From assembly GCA_029838215.1 (NCBI GenBank), contig JALGVI010000070.1:2215-17572 (forward strand): DNA of 15,358 nucleotides. Direction: 5' to 3'. The DNA comes from Candidatus Helarchaeota archaeon (GTDB lineage: Archaea; Asgardarchaeota; Lokiarchaeia; Helarchaeales; RDOG01). The position numbers and the translations under genes were made by a program. A model generated the notes under the pieces. It saw only the letters and a list, made by a program, of their open reading frames with translations, made no database searches and was not told where the DNA came from. Within the stretch, counting starts at the first letter, position 1, and each line of letters begins with the position of its first letter. This document shows, one piece after another, positions 14,534 to 15,358 of the stretch.

Positions 14534-15358
14534 TTACCTTAGATTTGTAAGTTTTTCACTGATATCCCATAATTTCTTCTGTAAATCTTCATCATAAGAA
14601 ATGTCCGATGACTTAGTTTCTTGGCAATTAACAAAATACTTTCCAGTAATGTCTTGAACATCAGGTGATGAGGCAAGATAGATGGAGGTTTTTGCTCCTT
14701 TTGCAGGACTTTTCAAGAAAGGACTTGCAACGGAAAACATCACTCTATAGTACCAAGGATTAGTGCCTTTTCCAAAATTCGTCTTAACGCCTCCTGGATG
14801 TAACACGTTAGCTGTAACGTTGGTGCCCTCCAATCTCCTGGCAAGTTCATACGTAAAAAGGATGTTTGCTAGCTTAGAATTACTATATGAAGCCATCGAA
14901 AAAAATCTTAACCTCTTTTTCTTCTTCATCATCAGGTCGTCTAAGTCGAGTTTGGCCATTTTATGCGCTCCTGATGAGACCGTGACTATTCTAGCCGGAG
15001 CACTGGCTTTGATCATATCAAGTAATAGATTTGTTAACAAAAAGTGCCCTAAATGATTTATGGCAAGGGTTTTTTCATATCCTTCTGGTGTCACTTCTCG
15101 CTTATAGAATATAAGACCTGCGTTGTTCACTAGAACGTGCAACTTTTTGTATTTCTGTTTATAACTAGATACCATTTTTCGTATCGATTCTTGAGACAAT
15201 AGATCCGCCAGAAATAGTTCAACTTGATCGCTACCGGTGTCTTCTTGAATCTCCGCTAACGCAGCCTGTCCACGCTGCTCATTGCGGCACACCATGACGA
15301 CTTTTGCTCCCATCCGGGCTAATTCTCGCGCCGTCTCTTTTCCAATTCCGGAATTTGC
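14534..15358 (-). CDS. Short-chain dehydrogenase/reductase (retinol-dehydrogenase-like classical SDR), 5'-truncated by the window
   Basis: The frame is open from 15358 and reads ANSGIGKETARELARMGAKV (end of the TGxxxGIG motif), so the start lies outside the window, not at 15313. Further motifs: LVNNAG, INHLGHFLLT, RIVTVSS, catalytic YSNSK, LHPG.V.T. Confidence 0.92.
   Translation of the reverse strand, partial: ANSGIGKETARELARMGAKVVMVCRNEQRGQAALAEIQEDTGSDQVELFLADLLSQESIRKMVSSYKQKYKKLHVLVNNAGLIFYKREVTPEGYEKTLAINHLGHFLLTNLLLDMIKASAPARIVTVSSGAHKMAKLDLDDLMMKKKKRLRFFSMASYSNSKLANILFTYELARRLEGTNVTANVLHPGGVKTNFGKGTNPWYYRVMFSVASPFLKSPAKGAKTSIYLASSPDVQDITGKYFVNCQETKSSDISYDEDLQKKLWDISEKLTNLR

Noticed and set aside
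474-15056. The many 60-113 aa ORFs antisense or out of frame to the main genes (e.g. 474-686, 4250-4522, 9808-10065, 12321-12662, 14763-15056)
   Set aside because: All overlap confidently assigned genes and show no recognisable motifs or ribosome-binding sites.
14534-15358. SDR similarity to eukaryotic RDH11-14 as a eukaryotic signature
   Set aside because: This SDR subfamily is common across bacteria and archaea. The ORF-track start at 15313 is also wrong, because the gene extends beyond the window.
1-15358. CRISPR arrays, tRNA/rRNA genes, IS elements or long DNA repeats
   Set aside because: None seen. Intergenic spacers are at most 112 bp, and the paralogous hdrA/mvhD modules appear too diverged to form nucleotide-level repeats.

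Overview
AT-rich, archaeal-looking window, judged from GGAGG/GAGGA/GGTGA ribosome-binding sites, an archaeal-type TATA box and the gene content. An Asgard or other uncultured anaerobic archaeon is my inference, not something the sequence shows. Bases <1-11392 (+) are the 3' part of one tightly packed heterodisulfide-reductase gene cluster, in this order: C-terminus of an HdrA-MvhD fusion, a tandem double-flavin HdrA (1010 aa), a free MvhD, a 94-aa coiled-coil protein, a 'half' HdrA with a degenerate FAD site (~430 aa), an HdrA-MvhD fusion (696 aa), an unrecognised 738-aa helical/winged-helix/2x[4Fe-4S] protein, HdrC and HdrB. That is at least 5 HdrA-derived modules (4 flavin domains fully visible) and 3 MvhD domains for a single HdrBC, with no hydrogenase gene in view. 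The modules share out the HdrA Fe-S domains in a complementary way, and only one keeps both flavin-site residues (Glu/Lys) linked to electron bifurcation. The rest (11407-15358) holds four apparently unrelated enzyme genes: a secernin-like C69 Ntn-hydrolase (-), an amidohydrolase_2 enzyme (+), an LCM/TcmP-type SAM methyltransferase (-) and a 5'-truncated SDR oxidoreductase (-). I saw no RNA genes, CRISPR arrays, mobile elements or in-gene selenocysteine codons. Family calls come from motif recognition by eye; no database search was run.
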